From Trichosphaerium sp. ATCC 40318 (Eukaryota; Protista; Tubulinea), in the NCBI GenBank assembly GCA_038496445.1, contig JALMLS010000525.1:62001-126000 (forward strand): a stretch of DNA of 64,000 nt, in the 5' to 3' direction. A model generated the notes under the pieces. The model ran no database searches. It was not told the DNA's origin and worked only from the letters and a program-made list of their open reading frames with translations. Both the position numbers and the translations under genes were made by a program. This document shows, piece by piece, positions 25,001 through 38,260 of this stretch. The number at the start of each line of letters is the position of its first letter. Positions within the stretch are counted from its first letter, which is position 1.

Positions 25001-26774
25001 AGTGCGCGTGATGCGCTCATTGCAGAAGAAAATGCATTGTCCATAGCCTCACGTTTTGAGCTTGTTTTAAATTGATCATAATCAGTGACTTATTGAAGGT
25101 CAGTAATGAACAAAGGAAGAAGAAAAAATAATGTGTAAAAAAAAATCATTGGCTTTCTCCGTACTTGTTATAAGTGCTATATCTGTTATTTCTGATATGA
25201 CAACATTGGGTTGTGGTTCTATTTCAGGTTCTTTTTGTGGCTCTACTTCAGCTTTTTGTGATTTCTACACAGAGCTTTGAGTGACATACAAAAAAATTTT
25301 GTGTTGTCAAAAAAAAAAGAAAATAACCAACGTTTTGGTACAACCATTTACAAGCAAAGAATACCAGTTGTACCTTATCTACGCCGTTTGATTTTGGTGG
25401 AATAATGGCTTCCTCAACCTGGTCTTCAGGTTTTTTCTCACCGTTTGCTTCAGGGGCTTTCTTTTTAGCAGGTGGAGCTTCCTTTGGTTCTTTTGTAGCA
25501 GACCTTCTACGAGCCTTTCTTCTTTGTCTAGGCGATGCAAGTCTTTGTTGATCAATCACACGTGTGTTTGGGTCTTTCAAGTTTGTCAACATACCCGCAA
25601 TAGCGGCCCTACATATAATGAATACGAAAGAAAATTATAAAAATAAAAGAATTCTTACTTGTAAGACTCTGGTGTCACATCACCATCAAGTTTTGGTATT
25701 GTCTCAACAAGTGCCTTATCCCAACAAATGTCTGTGCGGTATGCGAGGTATGGATGTGTGTATTTAATGCATCCCCACAACATACATAGAGACACTAGCG
25801 CATCGCTTGTTCCAGCAACAGATGATACTAAAAACAGAGTAAATAATGTTGTGTTTTTGGAAGGTAATAAGAACTCCAAGTCTACCTTGAGCTACTTTCT
25901 GACCCTCTAGAAGAGGTAATATTTGTTCCCTTTGTCTACGTTTTAGAGCTTTAGCAAGCATCTTAGCTGTACGCCCTCCAATGTTCTCAATATCCTTCTA
26001 AAAGACCAAAAAATCAGTATATGTGCAAACCCCAAAAATTAATAAAAACTAATTTTAACGCGCTCTGATTGACTTACCTTAGCGCCATTCTTCATTAATA
26101 ATGATATACACTGATTAGAGCAATTTTCTACAGCCTTTTTGAGGTTAGTAACGAGTTTTAAACGCAGGTAGGTTAAAAAGCTACAAAACTTTAAAAAAAG
26201 GTATCTGTACCCAATGTAATGGAGTCATTTTCTCTAAATCTTGCGCGTTAACATTAGCGCCTTTTTTAATGAGCATCTGAGCAACTTCCAAGCTAATGGA
26301 ATAAAAATCAATCCAACACAATCAACATTTACAAAAAAAAAAATTAATCCAAAAAAGTCAAAAAAAACGGAGTTCTTAGGCCGCTCAATGTCGGCTTGAC
26401 AACCGCCAAGCGTCTTTCATTGCGTTGAAAGCTTTTTTCGAACCTGTTTTGAAACACCGCTTGATGCAGTGGTGTCTGACCAAACACGTCAACGACATTG
26501 ACATCAATACCACTTTCAATGAGCTCTAGAGCAAGCTGGGGCATATCTAACAAATACTATCAGGTTTAAATGCCACGTGGTTATTAAAAGGGTAGGAGAA
26601 TAGTAGAAGAGTATTATGGATAGCTTATGTACTTTTTGCAGCCGCCCAATGAAGTGCAGTCTTGTCTTCCTGATCAAGGACTTTGTAATCGAGCAAGTTG
26701 CTCTTAAGAGCCTCTAATATCTCTTTTTCGCTGCGAGAATGAATAGAGTCGATAGCTGACACAGTATTACCCAT
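22032..26774 (-). CDS. N-myristoylated ankyrin-repeat protein fused to a bacterial-type S41 peptidase (with PDZ), probably catalytically inactive
   Basis: MGNTVS; ankyrin repeats DKTALHWAA, GQTPLHQAV, MTPLHW|AV; then LWGCIKYTHPYLAYRTDICWDKAL, YRLLGLFKLWNAIQFFYPYK, PDZ VKPGDIITAVDG, AIILDLRG, GKLVALISTATLGQGE, VIGQTTHGVTGN...LPGG, GVTPDILVE, RDHVLERAMEFL. More than 20 exons. Confidence 0.85.
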
Positions 26775-27118
26775 GATAGATCGTTTTTAACTGCCTTATA
26801 ATTATTAGGTGTAAAATACACTCGCGATGTAATCTCTGGGTATATGGGAGTGTACCTGCGCTTGAAAAATTTGTCTACGTCAGGTATTTCTTATCTCGAG
26901 TTGAAGAAAATAACGGGTGTCCCAAGTGGTTTTTTTCTATGATATGACAGCAAGAATACGTTGCTGAAGCTTCGGTCTTCGGTGGATTGCGAAATGAACT
27001 GAATAGAGTTGACATTACAACATTGGTATTTTAGCGTAGAGGGAAGCATAGCTCCTCTTCATCGCATGCATTGTAGAGTACAGTAATAAACGCTAGTGTT
27101 ACAACGTCTAAGTAAAAA

Positions 27119-29356
27119 ATGAGCGATAAAGGTACGTTAAACGTCTGAACAAGCTAGATTTACAATATTGAACGCTATTGTATGAATAATAATGCTTTTA
27201 AAGAAAAAAAAGACGAACCGAAAGAAACAGAACCACTAAAGGAGACAAAGAAACCCGCAAAGGAAAAGTACGAACTCAAAAAGGTGATAACAGCACTCAC
27301 ATATTTAGATTTACTTATAAACCTGCTGAAGAACCTGAAGCTACTGAAAAGAGTAACTTATACGCGTGGGGTGTCGATCTACAGATCGGTGCACGTCGAA
27401 AGGGTCCAAAACTTTATCTTCAGCCAATTCCAATCCCAACCTTTACAACACTGAAATTCAAGGCAATATCACTCGGAAACAGCCATTGTCTTGCTCTTGC
27501 AGGTAACTAACAGAATCAATTCGCCAACTTATAAACGTTTACAGAGGATAATACGCTTTATACTTGGGGAGATGGTCCATCAGGCCAGCTTGGACTCGGA
27601 TATCGTCGTAGTGCTCTAGATCCTACACCGATCACAAAGCTTCCTAAAAAAGTAGTAGTACAGTCCATATGCTGTGGCCAAGACCATTCTTTGGCTTTAT
27701 CAACAAAGTACGAAGCAAAGCTATACGTTTAAACATTAAACTAGCAATGAAACGCCTTGAGACGTCGTAAAACTCCAGTAGCACGGCTGTCATGCTTTTT
27801 GTTTCTCTGTTATTTTAGTATGAGTATTTTGGTCTAACACAGCTAAGAGGCGTCATGTTGAGTTGGGGTGAGAATAATATGGGTCAGTTAGGTCAAGGTA
27901 TATCATTTCCACTTGATAGACCAAAGATAATAAAGCTCAAATCGGTACACCATTAATTTATTTTGAAAAGCATACTTCGAAAAAAAAGACATGTCTTCTT
28001 TTTTTTTATGGTATTGGTGTTGACAAACTTAGGTCGTATTTAAAAAAGTAGTAGCAGGTTCCCTTCATACAGTTGCATTGACTGGTATGACTTTATACGC
28101 GAATGATTTCAAATGTCTAACCTATTATCTTTAGATGAAGGTGTAGTATACGCCTTTGGTGGTAATTGGTGTGGCCAACTAGGTGTTGGAAGCGATAAAA
28201 ACCGTTATGTACCAACGTTAGTTGACATTAGTCATAAGTGTACAGAAATAGCAACTGGTGAAGTGCACTCATGTGCTATAACTGGTATGTTCTCTCTGAA
28301 ACAAAACGTTGTTTCAAATTTAATGCTTACCTTTTTTGTTTTAAGCTGATGGTGACATGTTCACGTGGGGCGCAGGATCTCACGGGCGTCTTGGTCTTGG
28401 TGATAGAAATAATAGATTAGTACCTTTTAAGGTAGAATTAGGTGACAGAAAGGTTCTTTCTGTTGCTATGGGCGTTGATCACGTTATTGTACAAACAGGT
28501 ACGCTTTTTGTTTTTTTTTTGTATAGCGTTTTGTTCATTCGTTCTTGTATTGTGTTTACCTTATTTTCTTTTCAGAAAATGATGGTTTGTGGTCGTGGGG
28601 AGCCAATGTATTTGGTGAATTAGGTACTGGAGATAATTGGAGACAACTGCGGCCACGACAGACACCTATAGATAAAAAATTTAAAACTATTTATGCTGGC
28701 TTGCAAGTGCGTTTTTTTCTCTATTTTCTTGATTTTAGCTTACTTAGAAACGTATAGACTTCTTATGGTTTAGACTCTGAAGGCCATTTATGGGTATGGG
28801 GTAATGCTAGTGATGGCAAACTAGGTGATGGTAAAGTAGAAGGGAAATATCTTTCCCCTGTAAAGCTTGAATCGAGTGTTATTTTTGAAGAGTTAGCTGT
28901 TCAGCGCAGTACGCTCTTTAAAGCCTAAAGAAGTATTTGTGACTAATATATGGCCATAGATTTGGTATTGAGCATGGGTTCAGGAGATGTAGAAAAAGTT
29001 GATATCCCTGAAGATCTGTCTATTGGTAAGTAGTTGCTTTGCCTGATATCTTTGAATCTGTGTTTAATATTTGTTGTTTTTGTTTTGTTTTCTTCCTTCG
29101 TCGTATCATTCTTCGCCTTACGCCTTAAATAGACACACTACTTAATAAGTATTTGCCTGTACCTGTCAAAGAAGAGAAAACAGAAAAAGAAGGTGAGAAA
29201 GAAGAACAAGAAGAAGTTGGTGAAGAGACTGCTCAAGATATTGCTATGCGTGAAGCAGCTAGAAAGGCAGTTGAAGCACGTTCTAAGCGTAGACAGTATC
29301 TAGACGCTTTAGAGAGCGAAGCATTGCCCACTGAGGGCGATGTTAGCAAGTTGTAG
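27119..29356 (+). CDS. RCC1/BLIP-II repeat (beta-propeller) protein
   Basis: Repeated YTWGDGPSGQLGLG, YAFGGNWCGQLGVG, FTWGAGSHGRLGLG, WSWGANVFGELGTG and CGQDHSLAL; acidic C-terminal tail. Confidence 0.9.
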
Positions 29357-29653
29357 TTTTATGAGCACAAGCACGTTTTTTGAACACAAAATGAATAAAA
29401 AAATTGATAAGTCATTTCCTTTACCGACTGTATAGCATGACATTCTCATATCTTTCTGATATTTTGTTATTGCAACGCCCTTTGAATGACTTATCACGTC
29501 AGATATCGGAGGTACGAAGCTTTGTTTTTTTTGTAGATGTGTGACGGTGTAGGAGCGGTGATTCTTTTTTTTTGACTAAGTCAATCTTTTGCATTTTGAA
29601 AGTTTGAGACTACCATTTGCTACAAACAATTACGTGAACTACGTCTAGAAGCT

Positions 29654-30419
29654 ATGTCACGTACGTTTTCTACTAGAAATAAATATTATCTGCGTATTGC
29701 GAAAGCGACTGTGCTCCCTGTTTGTTTGTATCTTCATTCGCCAGATACCTTCAAAGATATCCACCTACAGGTAGTAATAGCACTTGTTACGCTATTTTAA
29801 CGAATTCAACCCAGGAAATACTTACATACTTCCACGAGCAACTACCAGCGCATTTGGGGGTACGCTAACCGGTATTGTACACTTTAAGCGTTAACACAAA
29901 TGAAATTTCCACAACTATTCTAAAACAGCGCCAATCTCTCTTTTTGACATATTACATACGTCCCAACACTCATAATTACAGGTAAATCCACAAACTGGCC
30001 ACCTTGGGACACAAACAACAAATCTAAGACAAAACCCTAAAAAATATAAAAGCACGCCCTTAACTTCTCTCTTTCAAAATTCTGACGTTTGCAAAAGGCG
30101 AAAACGTTCAATTTGTATTCTATTTTACTGATACTGAACCAAGATACAATGTACTTTCTGAGGCACGTGATAACCACGTGTTAAAAGTCAAGATTTTTTA
30201 ACAACTCTTTAGAGTTCAACAGGCTATGCTGGGTATTATATTACACGCCATTCTTTGGTTGTAGAGACTTTCCCTACTGATGAACCAGTTGTATTGGAAG
30301 ATTTAGATGCTTCCCAAGCACATATTAGTAACTATTTTGAGGGCGAAGTTAAAGCTGCAAAAAAGAAGAAACCTAAAACAAAAAAGTCTAGTTTTAGAAC
30401 TAGTATGTATAAGCAGTGA
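29654..30419 (+). CDS. Small multi-exon hypothetical protein (~140 aa)
   Basis: Six exons splice in frame: MSHTFKDIHLQEILTYFHEQLPAHLG...ENVQFVFYFTDTEPRY...AKKKKPKTKKSSFRTSMYKQ*. No recognisable domain. Confidence 0.5.
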
Positions 30420-31626
30420 GCAATGTACCATAGCAACCTATAAAACTCAGTCTGTAATTTAAGTGGTGTATCTTTCATTTCAGGCGTATCTCATCCATTA
30501 GTTTGTTGACTTACAACCTAACCTTGTACCAACCAAGCTTTTGTTATCATAGTTCTGCTAAAAGTTGCACAAGCTAGCAAAACTGTCATATCTTAAACTG
30601 TTCTAAAAATCTGAGTCCAGTTAATTGGTAAAGTATCGAAGATCTAATCTACGTTATTGAATGTCAACACTGACCCCAAACTCCAAAGCATATTTTTAGC
30701 GATTTCAGACGTGGTGGCGCTCTGTGTAGTACTGTAGATATCATTAAGAACAATAAACTATCAAGCCGTTTTACTCATACAGAGCTAGATCTTTTATTTC
30801 AAAACAAACTAGCTAGCACTCGCGTAATTCCACAACATCACCTCCAATAATGTATATAACTACAGTAACAAGAGGTTTGTAACTCGTTGCAACAGCTTGT
30901 TAGGCGATTATATCTACTGGTTAGATAGTCTAATGCAACGGGTACCGCTTCTCCACATTCCTATCGCGGCAGCTTGATGTTCTGTTAAAGCAAGTTTACG
31001 CGAAAACACAAACAAGGGAAACCTTGTTTACTTGCTTGCCTCGTATGTTACACAAAATCACAAGATCCCCTTATTTTCACGTCAGTTTAGAATAACACCT
31101 CCCAAAAAAGCGATGTTACCATTTTGGAAGTTCAAAACTAGGCAGGTTTGCACAAATTAGGTTTCCGACCCTCCCACCTTGTGGTTCCGCTTCGTACATT
31201 CACAGCATAGCCACGGTTGTCCACTAACTCTTTAACATACAATTGGGTGTCAAACATTTGTACTAGCGCGCTAAACCCGACAAGTACGTTGTGCAATGCT
31301 ACCTCCTCTTGAGTTCGCGTTACGCTCCTTTACGCTATTTAGCGGATGTTCAAGGTCCGTAAAGCGCTATCATACATTTGGGAAAGTTAGGATATACAAT
31401 AGCACCAAAACTTCCTTTTTTGACATTTTGTGCGCAAGTTGCCTTGTTTTAGCTGTTATGCATACATATACCTTAGGGGCGTCCAAAGAATAGAATACGT
31501 AGTAGAAAATTCAACAGTAGCCAAAAATGAAAAAAAAATGAACAAAAAAGGCAACAGGCAATTTTCGGCAAGTACTATTGATACCCATTCTACAAAGAGC
31601 CACTCCTCCCGGCTCCAGTTTTTTCC

Positions 31627-31633
31627 TATAAAA
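31627..31633 (+). promoter_or_regulatory. Candidate TATA box
   Basis: cctataaaa lies about 32 nt upstream of the ATG at 31665. Confidence 0.45.
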
Positions 31634-31664
31634 TCTCCCTAGCTGTACTACCATCATCTAAGCA

Positions 31665-32186
31665 ATGGACATCCAGAACCTAATCACTAACGACGTACCA
31701 ATTCTACTTGCTCTTAAGAGTCAGCTTTGCTATTCAGGGTGTTCTAATAGGGTTTTAACTCTATCAGTTTCATCTGGTGTAGTAAAGAGAAGAACTACCT
31801 CCAACAAACGCTCTATTGATATTACATCGCATATAAACTTTATAAATACCCCTACGTCAGCTTCTAAGCGAGATAAAGCTAAACGACAAAAGAGATACAC
31901 ATCAACACACGGATTATACTGGAAGCACAAATCAACATATCATTTCGAGAAAATAGACTCTACAACAAAGTCTACGAAGCAAAAGAGAAAACAAAAGAAA
32001 ATGTCAAAAAAGAAAATGAAGAAATCAGCGTCAGAAAGTCACAAAACTCTGTTTACAGGGACCACATTAACATGGAATCCATCTGCGTTTAAGAAACAAA
32101 AAGCAGTACCTCAAAACACTCTACAACATGTACAACGATTTTCCAATGGGTTGTTAGTACCCATAGAACCTTCTATGATATGCTAG
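31665..32186 (+). CDS. Single-exon basic, low-complexity hypothetical protein (173 aa)
   Basis: Uninterrupted ORF with an upstream TATA, Lys-rich NLS-like stretches and aataaa downstream. Confidence 0.6.
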   Translation: MDIQNLITNDVPILLALKSQLCYSGCSNRVLTLSVSSGVVKRRTTSNKRSIDITSHINFINTPTSASKRDKAKRQKRYTSTHGLYWKHKSTYHFEKIDSTTKSTKQKRKQKKMSKKKMKKSASESHKTLFTGTTLTWNPSAFKKQKAVPQNTLQHVQRFSNGLLVPIEPSMIC

Positions 32187-32538
32187 AACTAGCTACGAGA
32201 AGTTCTGCTGTAAATAAATGTAAATAATACGCAAAATGAGTTAAAATGACCTTAAATAACCATTTCTAAATGGTAAACGTAGAGTTCCCCGAATTACTTG
32301 GTATTTCCCAAACCATTTTATCCTTTTTAGGAGTTCTTCCTTATTTGAACAACCTCATTCCAAAGTGCGGTTTGCACCGCGCATTAATAAACACTAAAGC
32401 CCACAAACGGCAAAGCGTCAATATTGTATACGAGTAGTGGAAGTTCTTTTCGAGTAGCTCACTTTTTTTGTACACAAAGAACTTCCACTCGAGTACAAGC
32501 CAAAATAAGTCGAATTAGTTTATTGACTTTTCTTTATT

Positions 32539-34122
32539 TTACTGTACATCAAACTCAAGCAATAGAGGCTCTTTGGTTTGTGTGCTTTTTCTCCATTGCT
32601 TGGTTGTTGTTGCGGTTGTAGCAACAAGAATTTGTTTTTGCGTAATATTGTCTGTAAGCGTAGCACGAACAATAAAATACGGCAGGTCGTGGTGCTTTGA
32701 AGCACACATAAATTTACAGTTTATCTATAGCGTAAATGAGTACAAAGAAAACGATAAAAATGCGAAGAAGTAGTTTTCATAAATTCTGAAACAATGGATT
32801 GTGGGTAAATTTTTTTACAGGGTAACCTTCAATTTTCGGCAGCACATTGCAGTTCACTAGTAAAACCGTATCTACAAATGCTGCTTAATATTCAAAACGA
32901 ATATTGCATCAGTACAGATGTACGCAATCAATAGCACTGTGCTGAAATTGAGCTTACCCGGTAAAAAAATGTACCGTGTAGTCAAGAAAGAGCTACTCGT
33001 TTGGAAAAGTCAAATTTTCGATTTACACGTACCGCAAACACGCCTTTTTCGATAGTTTTGACATGGTTACTCTTTACAATGGCAATACGTTGCCTTAATT
33101 TAGGGTTTAGTTTATAAGCCTTTTTCGACCCACAATACTCCTTGCACGTCTCGCATTGTTTGCATTCCACGCCATCAGGACCAGTAATAGAACAATAAAA
33201 AATGAGCGCTTTTTCATTCACTTCTGGCTCTTTTTTGAAATGAATTGCATTTCCTACGATAAGAGGATAAGAAAACTTGAAAACAACCTGCAAAAAGAAA
33301 TAGGGCAACTGAAATTAATGCAACTTGTTGAAAAAAAATAGAAAACGCCACGAACATTGAACAGTTTTAGGTAAATTCGAGAAAATTTTAACATGCTCAA
33401 TCCTGAGTGTCAAAAAAAAGATTTTTCCCTAATATCACGTAGTTTTCGTTTGTAGCAACAAAGTGATAAAATTTTGCAATTGCGAAATAAGCATACCATC
33501 CACGCATAAGCTAAAATGATAATTCAAATAATTTGCTCGATTTTTAACGTCAAAATTTTTTTCAAACAGAAAAATCACAATTGTAGGCCAATAACTCTCG
33601 TGTTAGGTATTGACACAACGTACCCGAATATCCACATGGTATGGAGCTGTATACACGCCAATTTTCATAATGTTCCATGCCTTTCGGGAGCTGACAAGTG
33701 AGAACGTGAAACAAGTTTCTATAAGTGACCACAGGGCTCTGTACTTTCATCAAGCGCGTAGCATTTGCTGTTCCACGCCTATTCATAAGCGTTGGAGAGC
33801 CTGTAGGTGTTCGGCTGGGGCTTGGTACTTCAGTTTTTTCCACTTGCATACTAAAGTCCTCTGTGCTATTAGATGCGCTCAAAGTGCTCGAGGAAGCGTT
33901 TTGGGGTTTAGGCGATGTCGGTAAACAACTAACCGTAAAATTATTAGTTGAGAAAACATGCTTTCGTGCACAGATGGCGTTATTTTACATAAATAAGTTA
34001 AAATACATTCCTTTGCCGTTAGCAATTTTTTGTTGAGTTTTGTTCTCAGTTTAGTGTAACTGCCGCTTAAAAATTGCGTACCCTTGGCGTAGTGCAATTA
34101 AAGGAGGCAGTTGGGACGACAT
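32539..34122 (-). CDS. CudA-like (amoebozoan) putative transcription factor
   Basis: Spliced model: MSSQLPPLI... Ser/Pro-rich N-terminus; then AYAWM|VVFKFSYP...CKQCETCKEY...IVKSN...GVFA|INCKFMCASKHHDLPYF...KQWRKS. The CxxC plus MCxxxHH pattern resembles the CudA core. Confidence 0.6.
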
Positions 34123-37100
34123 AACTTCACGCGCGCATTTATTCGAAGATTGGCCATAATACCGCATACCATGATCTGTGCGAGTATTTTCGTGCGTCTG
34201 CGCGTAGTAGTACTTTTCGTCTACAATTCTATTAGTTGGCTAAGCGTAAAATAACAGCCACATTACCCACGCTCGCTAGCAAAGTAGCTCCAGTTTGATG
34301 ATTTTGGGATAGAAGAGAGAATGAGTCATTTACAGGTGGCGAATGGTAATTCAACTTTCTAAAGCTGCAATCCTCGTCATCAGACATAGCACCATGACGA
34401 GCTGAATCAAACGTAAAGCTGTCAAGCATTGTTTGATAATCAGAATTACAGGTGATGTAGAGTTGTCGTAGCAAGTAGCCTTGAAGGCGCGAAAGGTTGC
34501 GAAAGCGCAAAGGGTTTCCTGCGCTCAGTTTAAGCAGTTTTGGTGGCTTATGACTATTTTGAAAATAGAAAGAAAAACAAATATAAAAGACTGCTAGCGT
34601 TGGTTTCAAGTGCCTATTACTCTTGCCCAGGGGATCTTAGACAATTTTCAGAGTACAGATGTTAAAAAAAAGTTAAAAAAAAGTTGATGCTGTCCAGTTT
34701 TACATAAAATTGCTGTAACACCCGCCAAAGAGCTTGCACGCGTAGATTTGTCAAACCTATGGTACAAGATACGCTAGTTCCATTGCGTACGATCTTCAAC
34801 CCGTCAGATCAAGGTGTAGTGTAGACAGTATGTGCTATAACGTTAGAGGATAAAACAAGTAAAAGGACAGGTAGAGGTGTATTATTAGCGAAATACGCAT
34901 TTCAAGATGTGAGAAGTTGGCTGTATGGCGCATACGCATATGTCACATGGCTTTACTCCGGTTGCCACTCGCGTTATAGAAGCGCTTACAACTGTACATG
35001 TGACTCTGCCCTTTTTTATTTCGGAGTTGGCCAAGATTCTAGACTTCAATCTTTTAGCAGACAACGATGAGTTACAATAGCATTGTTTGGTTTGCCATAG
35101 ATATTTATGTTGAACACAACAAACCCAGTTAACGGCATGGCCTACTGTATGTCTCTCTTCAACTGACTATATGCATCATATACTGCAAAAAGGGTTTAGT
35201 TTTGTGATGATTGAGGAGTCACTAATCCTTCTTTGAAGCATTCTTGTCAATGTCTACCACGTTTCGGAGTTTTTGAAAATATTTTTCAGTGGATAGTAGG
35301 TACCTAGTGAACCTTCCGCTCACGCTGACTCTTTGTTAAATTCGGCAAAAAGAATCAATCTCATCGGTAAAAAAAACTACGCGATAGAAACACAACACCT
35401 GATGAGTGGCATATAAGATGAGAAAATACGTTAGTTTTTCGAATGTTGTTGGTTTGCCATACAATAGGCTTACAGGCTCTGGATCTTTTTTCCTTTGCGC
35501 CCTTTTGGTATGTGTACGGTTGTCGTCAAAAACTACACTGCAGGCACCCTGGTACACAAACGAGAGAGGTAGATAGTCAAGAATAACATGTGTAAACAAG
35601 GGTAGACATCTACGAAAAGTGTTTTTGATTGGAAATGTTTTTTGCCTTTTTTTTGGGCCGTGATAATGACTCACATTCACAAGGATATAGTTCAGTTACG
35701 GTTTTTTTATTTGTTAAAAGTACAATAGGTGGTATAGATATTACAAACTCCCACAAACAACTAGCGGTGGGAGCAATTGATTATTTTGTTTGGTTTTTTT
35801 TACCCTTTTTTTTTTCGCGGTTTCGGGGAAGTAATTCACGCGCATGCGGGTTGGCTACCAGAAGTGCGTGAGAAATTTCTTACGAGAGTTTGGATACACT
35901 GGGCTCCCAGCGATTGAGGGGACGCAAAGTGGTACTCTTGGTTGTTAACACGGTAGCCGAGAAGTGGTGCATTTTCGCTGTGAAGTAATGTTCTAACAAT
36001 AGCTTTGTACGCTTTTCCCCAAGATTCAAGTTTGTCATGACGTAGAGAGAATGTCCATTGGCGATGTTGTTTGCGGTTACTGTGAATTTTTATCCATCTA
36101 TAACGGGCGATTTTTAGGAGTTTTGTTCATTGATGAAAAAACTAAAAAACTGCAAATGGACGTTGGTTTTTTTTTTTGGCGTACCTTGTCATTGCCTTGT
36201 AGCGGTGATATTCCTTTTTAGCTCTTGATTGTTTGCTTCCTGTTAGAAGCAAGATTGCGAACATGAACATCTTATGGTCCCTATTGATATTTTCATAAGT
36301 TTTGAGAAATAATCACGTGATAAATTTTTATGGGTTGGTTCAAACAAAAAATTTAATGTGTTATCTTTTTTTTTTTTGACGTACATGACGCGAAAAAATC
36401 CTCGACGCTCCTCTACGACGCCCATATTGTACATGACTGCCATACACAATGCGTGAAGAATCGGAGATTTCGTTCGACCGAAAATACGCTTGCTTGTTTC
36501 TCTGTAAACAAACTGAAACGTCAGTTGTTCGCATTGTCTTGGTGTTGTTTGAGAAAATTGGATATCATCAACGGAACAATTATTTTCATCATTAGCGTGA
36601 CACTAGCGAAAGTATTTAGCTATTATTCAAGTGCGGTATTACTCGTGGCATGGCACAGAGTGGTATACAAAGCGAAAAAGCTGTGTGTGTAAAACATTAG
36701 GAAAAGTTTTTTGAGCGTGTTTTTTGACATGGTCACGTGACGTGAAAGAGGTATTTTGGGCTTGTGGCATCATATCGGGCGATATTGGAGCACATATACC
36801 CAAACTGGCCTTTGGTTGCGTGTTCCCAACGTAGTTTGAAACCACAGTGACACAACATTGAACAAACATACGTCATTAAAACAAAAAAGAGTTTTAAGGA
36901 AGAATTTTCGCTAACGAATAATTTTTGTTTTGTTTTCGGACGTACAACACTTGAAGTTGCGTTTATCAAATACTCGATAGAGTGTCTGTTTAGTTTATAC
37001 ATGTTATTATATGACCAGGTGTTGTGTTGCTTGTGGCAGTTTGCTAAATATCACCTTCTCATTGTGTCGATCACATTTTGAAAGGCGCCTAGATAGCACG

Positions 37101-38260
37101 CCTGTGATGGCAGATATGTGCACAACAATGTTGTTAAACTATCAACCCGACAACACGTAGGTTTATCGAGACGCATGTTTATTTATTGAAATACATCTTA
37201 CCCTTCGAGATACACAAACATTTTGGGTACAGTTTTTTTTTAATTTCCGTTTATTCTCCGATGCGCAGTTTTTTTCCACTGTTTGGAACGATTCTGCTTC
37301 ATTCCACGTAACAACCTAGTCTACATGTCTCTTTTTTATTCTTAGCCACTCTCTTTGTAAACGTGACCACTGTTTTCATATAATTGGTGTATCGCCTGTA
37401 GCGCGGTAACAAGGCGAAGTTGAAAACTGAGAAGGGTTTTCCGTGCAGTTTTTTTTTTATGTACCAGAGGTTCTATTTTAACACCTGCAGTTTTGAAGTA
37501 ACTCTGCGCTAGCTTCCAGTGCTTCTTCATGTTATACCTACGCACTATGTTCATTACATTACAGATACGACAAAACCAAAGTACGAGGCAAAACGGGTGA
37601 CAAGGAAAAAGCAGAGGCAAACAGCTTTGACAAAACCCAATGTTCTCTACTAAAAATTAGAACTTTTTTTTTTGACACGTTGTGTTCACAAAATACTTCC
37701 GCAGTGTCAAGAAGAACAACCACCACACTATAATTTTAAACGTACCACAGTGTTTTATCGCGTAAAAGAAACAATGTTTAAGTAGAAATCTGGGAGAAGC
37801 CGTTTTGAGATATTTAATGGTGCCAATTTCTGTCTACTTCTCTCTTTTGACGCTTTACACAATCATTAGCTAAATTGACACTTATTTTGTCAATGGTTAG
37901 TGTCATTTCGATGATACACTAACACACATCATGTATTTTTTGTTTATAGGGTTACTAGGATTAATCCCATAATGCGAAATTTCATTTCTCAAGACAATTG
38001 TTTACGGTTGAATATTGGGAACGCACGAAAAATTGTGAGTCAACTGAAAAATAAAGAAACAGCGGGCGGTTTAAAAACGCAAGTACTTCATAAGCAAACA
38101 AACAACACAGATGAGTGTATGTTGACGCTATATTAATGTACACAAGTACGAACAGAAAGAGAAAAAATGCGTTTACTTCACTTTCCGGTTTTTTTTTGTT
38201 TCTTCCTTTTCTTGTCTTCTTTCCTTGTTCATGAGCAACATTCGGCGACCGTATTACGCT

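Noticed and set aside
34232-34609. 125-aa ORF as first exon of the CudA-like gene
   Set aside because: I found no donor of the right phase; an exon starting at ATG 34122 fits the next exon directly.
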